A stretch of DNA of 59,449 bases from Nitratifractor sp. (GTDB lineage: Bacteria > Campylobacterota > Campylobacteria > Campylobacterales > Sulfurovaceae), in NCBI GenBank assembly GCA_015486995.1, contig WFQO01000150.1, positions 1-59,449 on the forward strand, written 5' to 3'. Below are positions 38,042-47,602 of the stretch, one piece after another. The notes beneath the pieces were generated by a model that had not been told where the DNA came from, made no database searches, and worked only from the letters and a program-made list of their open reading frames with translations. Within the stretch, counting starts at the first letter, position 1; each line of letters opens with the position of its first letter. Position numbers and translations under genes: made by a program.

Positions 38042-39841
38042 ATGAGCAATGAGTATCAAACAATATTGGCGGTAGTAGGAGGACTCGTTATCCTTCTTCT
38101 TTTTCTTTATAAGAGAGAGAAGAAAGAGATCATTTCCCAGAAAGAGGATCCTGCCACGCTCAACGCCAAATTTCGTGAAGCCTGTCAACTGTCGGAAGAT
38201 GCTACGATCATCATCGATCGTAGTGGAAAAGTTGTTTTTTCCAACCTCTCCGCCAAAAAGTTATTCTCACTTTCTGAAAATGAATCTCTTCAGTCACTCG
38301 ATTCCCGTCTGGAGTTTTTCCTTCCCAATGAAAATCGAACTCTCACAACAAGTGAACTCATTGAATACCATCGAGTCAACAACCGAAACGATTCCAGCTT
38401 TTTCAATGAAGTGAAGCTAGGTACTCAAGACGATAAAACTCTGAATCTTTCCCTTAAAACCATTCGTTTTGCTACTACGCCTCAGCGATACACCGTTTTC
38501 TCTTTTCATGACCGAAGCTGCGAAAAAAAATTGATGAAGATGCACCATCTCAATCCGCTTACCGGTCTCCCCAATCAGATGCAGGCATTCAGCGATATCA
38601 CACGAATGACAAGCAGTCTCGCAAAAAATCGCCGTTTTGCCGTTATGGTGATCGAACTGGACAATCCCTCCTATTTTCGATCAATCCTCGGTTACATCGA
38701 AATCGGACGGATTATTGACACCCTCGCCCACACTCTCCGAGAAGTCGCTGAAGAGAATCCCCGCCTCTCGATCTATCATCTCAATTACGTCACGTTTTTG
38801 CTTCTCGTCAACGAAACCAACGATTTCGACGAGATTTATGCCCTTTTTCAAAATTTTCAGCAGCGTTTTCATACCCGGTATACCCAAAAAGGGGAAGAGG
38901 ATAACCTCAGCTTTTCAGGCGGTGTCAGCTTCTATCCCCGTGAAAAAACTCTCCACGAACTGCTCGACGGAGCCTACAGCGCCTTGGCGGAAGCCCAGGA
39001 GGCGGGGCAGGGACAACTCGTCGTCGCCGACGAAAGCCACGAAGCCACCAAAGACAAGGAACATCGCCTCAACGAGGAGATCAAACGAGCTTTGGAAAAC
39101 GAAGAGATCAAACTCTACTTCCAACCGATCCTCCGTGCCGGAAGTTACACGCTTTTCGGTGCGGAGGTCCTGATACGCTGGCATCACCCCGAACGGGGAA
39201 TCATTTCTCCCGATCTTTTCATTCCCATTGCCGAACGTAGCGGACTTATCCTCGATATCGGTCGCTATGTGATGAAAGAGGCGCTCCGCCATATGAGCAG
39301 TTGGAACTCTTTCGGTTTTCCTCCGCTCACACTCAATGTCAATCTCTCGCTTCGGGAACTGGAGGATCCGGATTTCGTCACCAACATTGCCAACCTTCTC
39401 TCACGCTACGATATCGGTGATTCAAAGATTAAACTCGAGATCACGGAGCACTCCTCGATGCGCAATCCCACTCTCACCCATCAACGACTTCAAGAACTCA
39501 AAAAACTCGACATCGCCATCGCTCTCGACGATTTCGGGACAGGATACTCCTCTTTTGCCTATCTGGCCGAGTTTCCCATCGAAACGTTAAAGATTGACCG
39601 CGGTTTTGTCAGTGACATCAACCAAAATCCCGACAACCGCCATATTGTCACCAGCATGATCCGCCTCGGGCACGCCCTGGGAATGACCATCGTCGCCGAG
39701 GGGATCGAAACGGTCGACGATGCCAAGACTCTCAGCAATCTCGGTGCCGATTTCCTTCAGGGATATCTCTTTTCCAAACCCGTCTCCCAATTGGAGTTCC
39801 AGTATTTCATCACCCACCCGGACGCACTCTTCAAACGGTAA
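38042..39841 (+). CDS. TM-PAS-degenerate GGDEF-EAL phosphodiesterase
   Basis: N-terminal TM, PAS (IIIDRSGKVVFSN..A..LF), LTGLPN, GGDEF position reads HLNYVTF; EVLIRW, DDFGTGYS, KIDR, AEGIE, QGY. Confidence 0.9.
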   Translation: MSNEYQTILAVVGGLVILLLFLYKREKKEIISQKEDPATLNAKFREACQLSEDATIIIDRSGKVVFSNLSAKKLFSLSENESLQSLDSRLEFFLPNENRTLTTSELIEYHRVNNRNDSSFFNEVKLGTQDDKTLNLSLKTIRFATTPQRYTVFSFHDRSCEKKLMKMHHLNPLTGLPNQMQAFSDITRMTSSLAKNRRFAVMVIELDNPSYFRSILGYIEIGRIIDTLAHTLREVAEENPRLSIYHLNYVTFLLLVNETNDFDEIYALFQNFQQRFHTRYTQKGEEDNLSFSGGVSFYPREKTLHELLDGAYSALAEAQEAGQGQLVVADESHEATKDKEHRLNEEIKRALENEEIKLYFQPILRAGSYTLFGAEVLIRWHHPERGIISPDLFIPIAERSGLILDIGRYVMKEALRHMSSWNSFGFPPLTLNVNLSLRELEDPDFVTNIANLLSRYDIGDSKIKLEITEHSSMRNPTLTHQRLQELKKLDIAIALDDFGTGYSSFAYLAEFPIETLKIDRGFVSDINQNPDNRHIVTSMIRLGHALGMTIVAEGIETVDDAKTLSNLGADFLQGYLFSKPVSQLEFQYFITHPDALFKR

Positions 39842-40175
39842 CGTTCTCGATCAATTCGACTTCACCGCGACGGATCAGCAGCGCGTCGATACAGTAGGGG
39901 AGATCCAACTTTTTGACCTTCAGATAGTAGTGGGCGGAGTTGACGACACGACGCAGTTTCGTCGGCGTCAGATTGTAGACGGGGTCGAAATCTCGTCCGG
40001 CACTTTTGACTTCGATAAAGTGCAAAACCCCCTCTTTTTTAGCCACGATATCGATCTCTCCCATTTTCCGGGCGTAGAAGTTACGCTCAAGGATTTTAAA
40101 TCCCGCCGTTTCGAGAAAACGGGTCGCCAGCTCTTCGCTCTCCCGGCCGAACTCTCTCAAACGGGCACGCCGCAT
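39831..40175 (-). CDS. YraN-family putative endonuclease
   Basis: G...E..A..FL...G..ILERN, GEIDIVA, FIEVK; TGATG overlap with the upstream gene. Confidence 0.93.
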   Translation of the reverse strand: MRRARLREFGRESEELATRFLETAGFKILERNFYARKMGEIDIVAKKEGVLHFIEVKSAGRDFDPVYNLTPTKLRRVVNSAHYYLKVKKLDLPYCIDALLIRRGEVELIENVTV

Positions 40176-42280
40176 CAGCTGCACCCGATCTCGTCGCCGA
40201 CGGGCAGGACCTCCACCTTCAGGGATTTGAAGCGGGGGGTCAGAATCATCGCGTCGGCTTCGTCCCCGAAGAGACGGTTGATGCCGCTGCGAGCGTGATG
40301 GAAAGTCGTATAGAGAGTCCCGGGGAGAATCCCGTCATTGAAACGTAAAGAGAGCGGATCACTCTCCCCGTATTCGGTCCGCAAAATCACCCGATCGCCG
40401 AAGCGCTCTTCGTCGTCGGGGTGGGCCCAGAGCAGATCGTCCGGATAGCGGGAGGCGAGTTTTTCGCTGCGCTGTGTCTGGGCGGCGTTGTTGTACTGTG
40501 CCAGTGTCCGTCCCGTCGTCAGATACCGCCAAGCATTCTCTTCGGGGCGGAAACTCCCCTCCAGCAATTCGACGACCATCCCTCTCGGCTTCCACGGATG
40601 GTACCGATAGCGCCCCAGCCCATCTTCGGTCCGAAAATCGAGCAGATGCAAAATCGGTGTATCCTCGTGATAGATCGGCCACTGCATCCCCCGTTTGCGA
40701 TGCCGCTTCAGCCGGTAGTAGGCCGCACCGCTGAAACGCTCGGGAGCCACACGGCGGACCTCCTCCCAGACCGCTTCGCTGTCGGCGTAGTCGAAGTCTC
40801 CTCCCATCTTACGGTCGATGAGTTGAAGCACTTCCCAGTCGTCGGGGAGATCGCTCTGTACCAACGGCTGCGACAAATGCAGACGCCGCATCGCGTTGAC
40901 GTAGACGCCGGTCTTCTCATACGCCGATTTGACCCCGAAGACGATGTCGGCTTTTTGGGCGATCTCCGTCATAAAGAGCTCTTGGACCACCAGCAGCTCC
41001 AGATTTTCCAGAGCCCGGTCGATCTTGTTGAGATTGGGGTGGATGTGGGCAATGTCCTCTCCCATATTGAAGAGTGCCTTGATCCGTCCCTCCCCCATCG
41101 CGTCGATGAGTTGCGGAGTCATCATCCCCTCTTTATCGGGTTTACGGTAGTCGGGAAGGTAGTAGGGAAGACAACCCATATCACAGGCCCCCTGGACATT
41201 GTTCTGCCCCCGAAGAGGCATCAACCCCGCCCCGACTTTGCCGATGTTCCCCGTCAACAACGCCAGGTGCGTGATGGCCATCACCGCCGCCGAACCGTCG
41301 AGATGTTCGGTAATGCCCAGCCCCCAGAAAATCATCGACCGTTTGATGGCATATTCACGGGCGATTTTCGGGATCTGCCGCGCCAACTCTTCGTAGCCCG
41401 GAATACGGGTGAAAAAGGCCGGATCGGTGTAGGGATCGTTCAGGATCGCTTCCCGATATGTGTCGAAACCCCGAGTACGGGTACGAACGAACTCTTCATC
41501 GTAGAGCTCCTCTTCCAGGATCACCCGGGCCATCATATTGAGGACGAGGAGGTTGGATTCGAAAGGGATGAGGCAGTCGTGTTTGGCGAAACGGGAAAGT
41601 TTGGTCCGGCGCACGTCGATAACCGCCAGATTGTCGTGGGTACGGGCCATATCGACGATCCGGTTGGCGACGATGGGATGAGCTTCGAGGGTGTTGGATC
41701 CGATGACGATCATAAACTCCGTCTCGTAGATGTCGTCGTAGGGATTGGTCGCCGCCCCCTCGCCGATCGTCGCCCGCATCCCTTTGAGGCTTGGGGAGTG
41801 GCAGACGCGGGCGCAGTTGTCCACGTGGGGAGATCCGACGCTTTCACGGCAGAATTTTTGAAAGAGATAGGCACTTTCGCAGCTGGTCCGGGCCCCGCCG
41901 ATGGCACAGAAACTCTCGGCACCGTATTCGTTTTTGATCGCCGTCAGTTTCAGCGCGGCCAACTCTGCGGCCGTCTCCAGATCAGTCGTCACCCACTTTT
42001 CGTTCAGCGGTGTGAACTTCTCAGCGAAACGCTCCGCCAGATGAGGATTTCGCCGCAGAAAACGCCGGGCAATTCGGGGCCGACGGATTCGGTCTCGGGC
42101 TTCGACGAAGTCGAAACCGTACTTCCCTTTGATGCAGAGTTTCCCCTGACTGACCACTCCGTCTTTCTGGGCGTAAATTTTGACGATGCGGTTCCCCTCC
42201 ACCACGCCGGTGATGTCGCATCCGACCCCGCAATAGGTGCAGACGCTCTCGACCTCCTTACGCTCTACGTTCCGGGGCAT
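40175..42280 (-). CDS. Molybdopterin oxidoreductase, formate dehydrogenase alpha (FdhF)-like
   Basis: CTYCGVGC...LCIKG 4Fe-4S motif, DNCARVCH (Cys-His), RGQNNVQG, LTTGR; no Tat signal. Confidence 0.88.
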   Translation of the reverse strand: MPRNVERKEVESVCTYCGVGCDITGVVEGNRIVKIYAQKDGVVSQGKLCIKGKYGFDFVEARDRIRRPRIARRFLRRNPHLAERFAEKFTPLNEKWVTTDLETAAELAALKLTAIKNEYGAESFCAIGGARTSCESAYLFQKFCRESVGSPHVDNCARVCHSPSLKGMRATIGEGAATNPYDDIYETEFMIVIGSNTLEAHPIVANRIVDMARTHDNLAVIDVRRTKLSRFAKHDCLIPFESNLLVLNMMARVILEEELYDEEFVRTRTRGFDTYREAILNDPYTDPAFFTRIPGYEELARQIPKIAREYAIKRSMIFWGLGITEHLDGSAAVMAITHLALLTGNIGKVGAGLMPLRGQNNVQGACDMGCLPYYLPDYRKPDKEGMMTPQLIDAMGEGRIKALFNMGEDIAHIHPNLNKIDRALENLELLVVQELFMTEIAQKADIVFGVKSAYEKTGVYVNAMRRLHLSQPLVQSDLPDDWEVLQLIDRKMGGDFDYADSEAVWEEVRRVAPERFSGAAYYRLKRHRKRGMQWPIYHEDTPILHLLDFRTEDGLGRYRYHPWKPRGMVVELLEGSFRPEENAWRYLTTGRTLAQYNNAAQTQRSEKLASRYPDDLLWAHPDDEERFGDRVILRTEYGESDPLSLRFNDGILPGTLYTTFHHARSGINRLFGDEADAMILTPRFKSLKVEVLPVGDEIGCS

Positions 42281-42366
42281 TTTCGCTCCTTCTTTTCGGA
42301 TATTTCGGCATTGTATCGGAAGGCGCTTTCATCTCAGAGGATGGAAGCGAAAACGGAGGGAGAGGC

Positions 42367-43218
42367 TCAAAGTTCGATGCAGGTACCGATCCCGCTGCTG
42401 GTGAGGATCTCCAACAGCAGCGAATGTTCGACGCGGCCGTCGATAATGTGGGCTTTTTTGACCCCGCCACGTAGCGCTTCGATGCAGGCATCGACTTTGG
42501 GGACCATTCCCCCGTGGATCGTCTCCTCCTCTTTGAGCCGTCGGGTCTGTTCGATGCTGAGACGGCCGATCAATTCCCCTTCGGCATTCAAAACACCCGG
42601 GGTATCGGTGAGAAAAAGGATCTTTCGCGCGCCCAGTGCCACGGCGATACGGCTGGCCGCCAGGTCGGCGTTGATGTTGAAACCCGGATGTCCCAGACTG
42701 CCGCCGCTGGCAATGGGGGCGATGACGGGGACGAAGCCGTCGTCGAGAATGTTGGTGACGATCTCGGGGCGAATCGTCTCGATGACACCGGTGTATCCGT
42801 AATTTTCACTGTCTTTGGGCAGCGCTTCCATGAAATTGCCGTCCTTGCCCGAGAGGCCGATGGCCCGGGCCCCTTGTGAATTGAGCAGCGCGACGATCTC
42901 CCGGTTGATTTCGCCGCTGAGGACCATCTCCGCGATACGCATCACCTCCCGGGTCGTCACCCGCTGGCCGGCGATGAAACGAGTCTCGATCCCCAGATCG
43001 CCCAGCAGTCCGGTGATCTTTTTCCCCCCACCGTGAACGATGACAGGTTTCATCCCCACAGTATGCAGCAGGACAATATCCTGGGCGAATTTTTCTTTGA
43101 GCTCGTCACTCTCCTGGGCGGACCCCCCATATTTGACGACGACGATTTCATCACGGAACTTCCGGATATAGGGCAACGCCTCCAGCAGGGTCTGTACGAT
43201 TTCGATCTTATGTTGCAT
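42367..43218 (-). CDS. argB: Acetylglutamate kinase
   Basis: EALPYI, VKYGG, VHGGG, NINAD, GGMVPK, HSLLLE. Confidence 0.98.
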   Translation of the reverse strand: MQHKIEIVQTLLEALPYIRKFRDEIVVVKYGGSAQESDELKEKFAQDIVLLHTVGMKPVIVHGGGKKITGLLGDLGIETRFIAGQRVTTREVMRIAEMVLSGEINREIVALLNSQGARAIGLSGKDGNFMEALPKDSENYGYTGVIETIRPEIVTNILDDGFVPVIAPIASGGSLGHPGFNINADLAASRIAVALGARKILFLTDTPGVLNAEGELIGRLSIEQTRRLKEEETIHGGMVPKVDACIEALRGGVKKAHIIDGRVEHSLLLEILTSSGIGTCIEL

Positions 43219-44134
43219 AGGTTTCCTTCACATAGGCATCGACGGCGGCCAATGCCGCGTCGGAAATGCACAATTCTAACCGCATCAGCGAGAGGGGGAG
43301 CTTAAAGCCCTCCATCTTCACGGCATCCTTTTCGGTCACGAGAAGGCTTTGGGCTCCGTACCGCTCCATCGTCTCCCGCAGCCGCGCTTCGTCGAACCAT
43401 CCGTGATCGGGGAGAACGAGCCGCTCCACGACCCCCTCGGGCAGCCAAGGTTCCAGACGCTCGGGTCGGGCGATGGCCGTCGCCAGCAGCATCCGCTCCC
43501 GTCCCCCTTCGATCTGTACCTCCCGGTAAAAATCCCGTCCCTCTTTCAAAGAGAGATCGGCCAGCCCGGCCGTGGAGGGGAATTCACGAAAGGGACCGGC
43601 CGGCATCACAAAACGGTTGGGGAGCTTCGCCGGCTCCAGAAGGATTTCGAACTTTGCGATCTCGACCCGATTGAAACCGTCATCGAGAAAGACGAGATGC
43701 GCCCCTCGCCTTCGCGCCGTTTCGATCCCTTCCGCACGATTTTCGGCGACGATCACTCCCGCCTGCGGCAGCTTCCGGGCCAGCAGCATCGCTTCGTCTC
43801 CCGCCTCCTCGACGGAAGCAAGAATCCTTCCGGGTTCCGAAACCGTCACCAAGCCTCGACTGCGCCGCCCGTATCCCCGGGAGACGATCCAGGCCCCTTC
43901 GTAGCGTCCGGCAAGCGCGGCGAGAAAAGGGGTCTTCCCCGTTCCTCCGACGACAAGGTTGCCGACGCTGACGATGGGAATTTCATACGAGCGCCGCCGC
44001 ACCAGCTTCCGCCGAAGTGCCATTCCCGCCCCGTAGAGCCCGGCCACCGGAAGCAACGCATAACTCGTCAGTCGCGCCCCCGGACCCGGATCGAACCAGA
44101 GACGCTCGACCCAGGCTGTCGGATTCCATCGCAT
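43208..44134 (-). CDS. lpxK: Tetraacyldisaccharide 4'-kinase
   Basis: SVGNL.VGGTGKTP, SRGYG, GDE, LDDGF, PAGPFRE, VTEKDAVK; ATG at 44134. Confidence 0.95.
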   Translation of the reverse strand: MRWNPTAWVERLWFDPGPGARLTSYALLPVAGLYGAGMALRRKLVRRRSYEIPIVSVGNLVVGGTGKTPFLAALAGRYEGAWIVSRGYGRRSRGLVTVSEPGRILASVEEAGDEAMLLARKLPQAGVIVAENRAEGIETARRRGAHLVFLDDGFNRVEIAKFEILLEPAKLPNRFVMPAGPFREFPSTAGLADLSLKEGRDFYREVQIEGGRERMLLATAIARPERLEPWLPEGVVERLVLPDHGWFDEARLRETMERYGAQSLLVTEKDAVKMEGFKLPLSLMRLELCISDAALAAVDAYVKETYAT

Positions 44135-44147
44135 GACATTCCTCGGA

Positions 44148-45341
44148 TCAGACGTGCACCGCGTCGATCTCCCGAATCGCTTCACAGACGTAAGCCAGCT
44201 CCTCTTCGCTCATTTCCGGACGGTTGGGCAAAGACATCACCCGCTGATACGCCTGCATCGCCTGGGGAAAATCAAAAAGCTTGTAATGATACTTCTCTTT
44301 GTAGTATCGTGTCGCGTGCAGAGGGACATAGTGCAAATTGATTTCGATTCCCCGACTCTGAAGCGCCCGAGCGAATGCGTCACGGTTGCGATCCACTTCG
44401 ATAATGAAACGGGTGTAATCGTGCTCGGGATGCCCTGCCGGCAGACGAATATGCTTCAATCCCGCCAACTCCAAAAAATAATATTCTGCAATCTCACGAC
44501 GTCGAGCCCTTTTGGCATCGTTCCCCTCAAGCATTACCTCCGCGTAGAGAGCCTCGTAGTCGTTGAGACGATACTCACAGCCGATGTCGACCACGTCGTA
44601 GAGATAATCGACCCCGCCCGCCTGCTCCACCATTCCGTGATTACGCAGCAGCGCCGCTCTTTCGTAACACTCCGCGTCGTGGGTGACCAGGATTCCCGCG
44701 TTGAAGTGGGTTCCGCATTTATCCCCGAGAGAAAAGACCGTCAAAAGGTTTTCGGGGAAAGATCCGATCTTGCGGGCATCGTACGTGGCTCCCAGAGCGT
44801 GGGTCGCATCTTCGATGATTTTGACGTCGTAGCGTCGCGCCAACTCCCACAGCCGCTCGAGATCGACGGGTAGACCGGCCATATGGTGCACGATCACCGC
44901 CCGCAACTTTTTGTGGTTGTAACGTTCCAACGCCTCCTCGAGGCGATCCAGATCGATCAGATAACTGTGAGCGTCACAATCGACAAAAATCGGTTCGGCG
45001 TCGAAGTGGCGCACCACTTCGGGAACGTCGACGAATGCGTTGACGGGACAAAGTACTTTGTCACCGCGTTTGAGATCCAGCGCGCACATCGCCAGATGCA
45101 GTGCCGAGGTGGAGCTGGAAAGCCCCAGAGCATACGGAGCTCCAACGTAACCGGCTATCTTTTCTTCGAAACGCGCCAGAGCTCCCTCGATCTCTCTTTG
45201 CTTACTCAGACGTTCAAGCAGTGTTTCGGGAAGACGTGCCGGTCCGAAATAGCTAACGGTCATCCCTCTTGCTTCCTGCTCCTCTCTTTCCACCTCACTT
45301 GTCTCGATAATTTCTTTCGTCTCTTTCTCTTCGTTTTCCAT
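44148..45341 (-). CDS. DegT/DnrJ/EryC1/StrS-family aminotransferase-like protein
   Basis: S.TSALHLA, PIFVD, IIEDATHALGA, HYVPLH, SLP. Confidence 0.88.
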   Translation of the reverse strand: MENEEKETKEIIETSEVEREEQEARGMTVSYFGPARLPETLLERLSKQREIEGALARFEEKIAGYVGAPYALGLSSSTSALHLAMCALDLKRGDKVLCPVNAFVDVPEVVRHFDAEPIFVDCDAHSYLIDLDRLEEALERYNHKKLRAVIVHHMAGLPVDLERLWELARRYDVKIIEDATHALGATYDARKIGSFPENLLTVFSLGDKCGTHFNAGILVTHDAECYERAALLRNHGMVEQAGGVDYLYDVVDIGCEYRLNDYEALYAEVMLEGNDAKRARRREIAEYYFLELAGLKHIRLPAGHPEHDYTRFIIEVDRNRDAFARALQSRGIEINLHYVPLHATRYYKEKYHYKLFDFPQAMQAYQRVMSLPNRPEMSEEELAYVCEAIREIDAVHV

Positions 45342-45443
45342 ACTACTCTCTGATTCTCGAATCGGTTATTTACCCGTTAGTCTAACAAAAGCTATGTTTG
45401 AACGATGTTAATTTTTTCTATTTGACGATATTCTCTTTCCAAA

Positions 45444-46262
45444 TCACTCTTCACACGTTTCAGCACCGAGACGCAAGAGCTCCGAACAGGCGAAGCCCGC
45501 TTCCCGTCGCGCTTCGACATTCAACGCCGCTCGTGTCCCCGCCAGCCGGTAGCGTGCCAGGATCTCCATAAAGGTCCGCTCAGGATCCAAGCCCCGCTCC
45601 CGACAGACATAACGAAACCAACGGTCCCCTTTGCGGACGTGATCGATCTCCTCTTCATAGATGACTTCCAACGCTTCGAGCAGTGCGGCGACTTCCGGCT
45701 TTCGGCTCAGCGGGGTGAGCTTTTCGACGATCCGGGGATTGACATCCAGGCCCGTCGCTTCGTAGTGCCGGGGGATCACCGCCATTCGATCCAACACATC
45801 CCCCTCCGTATGTTTCGCCGCGTCGAAAAGCCCCCGATGTACCGGAAAATCTCCGTAACGATGGCCCAGTGCTTCCAGAATCCTCTCCAGCATTCCGAAA
45901 TGACGGATCTCCTCCTGGGCCACTTCGAGCCAATCGCGCTTGTACTCCCGCGGCATCTCCGGGAAACGGTAGACCGCGTCCACCGCCAGATCGACGGCAC
46001 TGTATTCGATGTGGGCGATGGCATGCACCTGCAAGGCCAGCCCCTCCGTTGTCGTAAATTTCCGACGCCGGGGCAGATCACGCGGAGCGACGATCCGACA
46101 ACGCCTAGCGTAGGACGGGGTCTCAAAGCTCCGGGGGGCGAAGCCCGCTTCGGGCGTCACCTCCTCTGTGTTACAATACTCCATCGCTTCCGTCAGGAGG
46201 CTCTCTTTACGCTCGATCGCATCCGTGAGCAAAATCGTTTCGAGCTGTGAATAAAAGTTCAT
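45444..46262 (-). CDS. Ferritin-like DUF455 protein
   Basis: HAIAHIEYSAVDLA, EE..HF, YGDFPVH, EATGLD, EE..HV.KG..WF. Confidence 0.92.
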   Translation of the reverse strand: MNFYSQLETILLTDAIERKESLLTEAMEYCNTEEVTPEAGFAPRSFETPSYARRCRIVAPRDLPRRRKFTTTEGLALQVHAIAHIEYSAVDLAVDAVYRFPEMPREYKRDWLEVAQEEIRHFGMLERILEALGHRYGDFPVHRGLFDAAKHTEGDVLDRMAVIPRHYEATGLDVNPRIVEKLTPLSRKPEVAALLEALEVIYEEEIDHVRKGDRWFRYVCRERGLDPERTFMEILARYRLAGTRAALNVEARREAGFACSELLRLGAETCEE

Positions 46263-46278
46263 AAAGGAATTATAGCCG

Positions 46279-46881
46279 ATGGAGATCCTCAGCCGCCCGA
46301 TGGGGGCTTATCAGACCAACTGCTACATCGTCCGCGAAAACGGAAAAGAGCTTATCATCGACCCGGGGATGGGAGCGACCGAATGGGTCATGCAGCAGGT
46401 CGAAAACCCCGTGGCCATCCTCAACACCCACGGCCATTTCGACCATGTCTGGAGCAACGCCGAGCTCAAAGAGAAGCTCGGTATTCCCATTTACTGCCCC
46501 GAAGGGGATCTCTTTATGCTCAGCGCCGATCCGCTGGGGCAGGGGATGCCCCCCAGCGAAGCCGATATCGCCGTCCGAGATGAAAAACCGATGGAGATCG
46601 GAGGAATTCCCGTCCGCTTTCGCCACTTCCCCGGCCATACCCCCGGCTGCTCCGTCATCGAGATCGGCGACGCCTGGTTCAGCGGGGATTTTCTCTTCCG
46701 TGATTCCGTCGGCCGCTGGGATTTCCCCTACTCCAGTGCCGAAGCGATGCTTCAGAGCCTGAAAAAGGTACAGCGGATCGGGGAAGACTACACGCTCCAC
46801 CCGGGTCACGGCCCCGCCAGTACGCTCAAACGTGAGCAGCGCAACATTCCTTTTTGGATCGAGCAGGTGAAGAGAAGATAA
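46279..46881 (+). CDS. MBL-fold metallo-hydrolase (glyoxalase II/YcbL-like)
   Basis: TNCY, IDPG, THGHFDH, PGHTPG, GDFLF, PGHG. Confidence 0.93.
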   Translation: MEILSRPMGAYQTNCYIVRENGKELIIDPGMGATEWVMQQVENPVAILNTHGHFDHVWSNAELKEKLGIPIYCPEGDLFMLSADPLGQGMPPSEADIAVRDEKPMEIGGIPVRFRHFPGHTPGCSVIEIGDAWFSGDFLFRDSVGRWDFPYSSAEAMLQSLKKVQRIGEDYTLHPGHGPASTLKREQRNIPFWIEQVKRR

Positions 46882-46921
46882 GTGCCAGGTGTTGGGTGTT
46901 AGGTCTTGGGTGTTGGGAATA
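46880..46921. repeat. Heptamer tandem array
   Basis: aagtgcc aggtgtt gggtgtt aggtctt gggtgtt gggaata directly after the MBL stop. Confidence 0.8.
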
Positions 46922-47090
46922 ATCCCATTTTATGCGATAGAAAGTGTTTCAGATGTGTCGATGCTCGGTGCGTAGGGGTGTCGGAGAGAAGCGCAGGCGC
47001 ACCTGGAAGGTGCGTTGAGCATTCGCTTCGATCGCCCATGCCGCCGATGATCGATGCAGATGAGGCGCTGGCTATTGCATAGAATGGGAT
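46922..47090 (+). mobile_element. 169-bp MITE-like long hairpin (family A, short copy) with 4-bp AATA target duplication
   Basis: 19-bp TIR atcccattttatgcgatag / ctattgcatagaatgggat (17/19); AATA at 46918-46921 and 47091-47094; folds end to end; homologous to 278-606. Confidence 0.82.
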
Positions 47091-47151
47091 AATATGATCG
47101 TTATCTGTTTTGTCAAGTCCTTTCGGGGATTTTGAAGGATTGTTCAGCGAA

Positions 47152-47535
47152 TCAGTCCAGGATATGATGATCGAGAACGAAGGCGGTGAAGCTACCTTCG
47201 AAGACTTTTTTACCCTCGACTTTTCCCTGAACTTTCACGATCCGTTTTTTCCCCTTTCGGACCTCAAGTTCGGCCTCGAAAATCACTGTCTCACCCTTAC
47301 GCACCGGAGCCAGAAAGCGAACTTCCGAGGCTCCGAGCACGACGTGGGGGTCGTTGACGGCGGCCATCGCGGCGTAATCGGCGGCGCTAAAGAGAAAGCC
47401 GCCGTGAATCAAGCCTTTGCGATCGGCCAGCATCGCCCGGTGTGTCGGCAGGATGACTTGCGCGTAGCCCGGTCGCAGGCGCACGACTCGACCGCCCAGA
47501 CTCTCATCGATCGCAAGATGCGTATGCAGCTGCAC
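47152..47535 (-). CDS. PaaI/hotdog-fold thioesterase
   Basis: GLIHGGFLFSAADYAAM, FLAPV..G; GTG start at 47535 after AAAGGA. Confidence 0.9.
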   Translation of the reverse strand: MQLHTHLAIDESLGGRVVRLRPGYAQVILPTHRAMLADRKGLIHGGFLFSAADYAAMAAVNDPHVVLGASEVRFLAPVRKGETVIFEAELEVRKGKKRIVKVQGKVEGKKVFEGSFTAFVLDHHILD

Positions 47536-47602
47536 TCTTGATCCTTTCAATCTCTCTGAAAATCCACCCCTAAAACCGAATCCCGAAAGTTTTTCGGAAC
47601 AC

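Noticed and set aside
40421-42802. 793-aa plus-strand ORF
   Set aside because: Antisense shadow of the FdhF-like gene and argB
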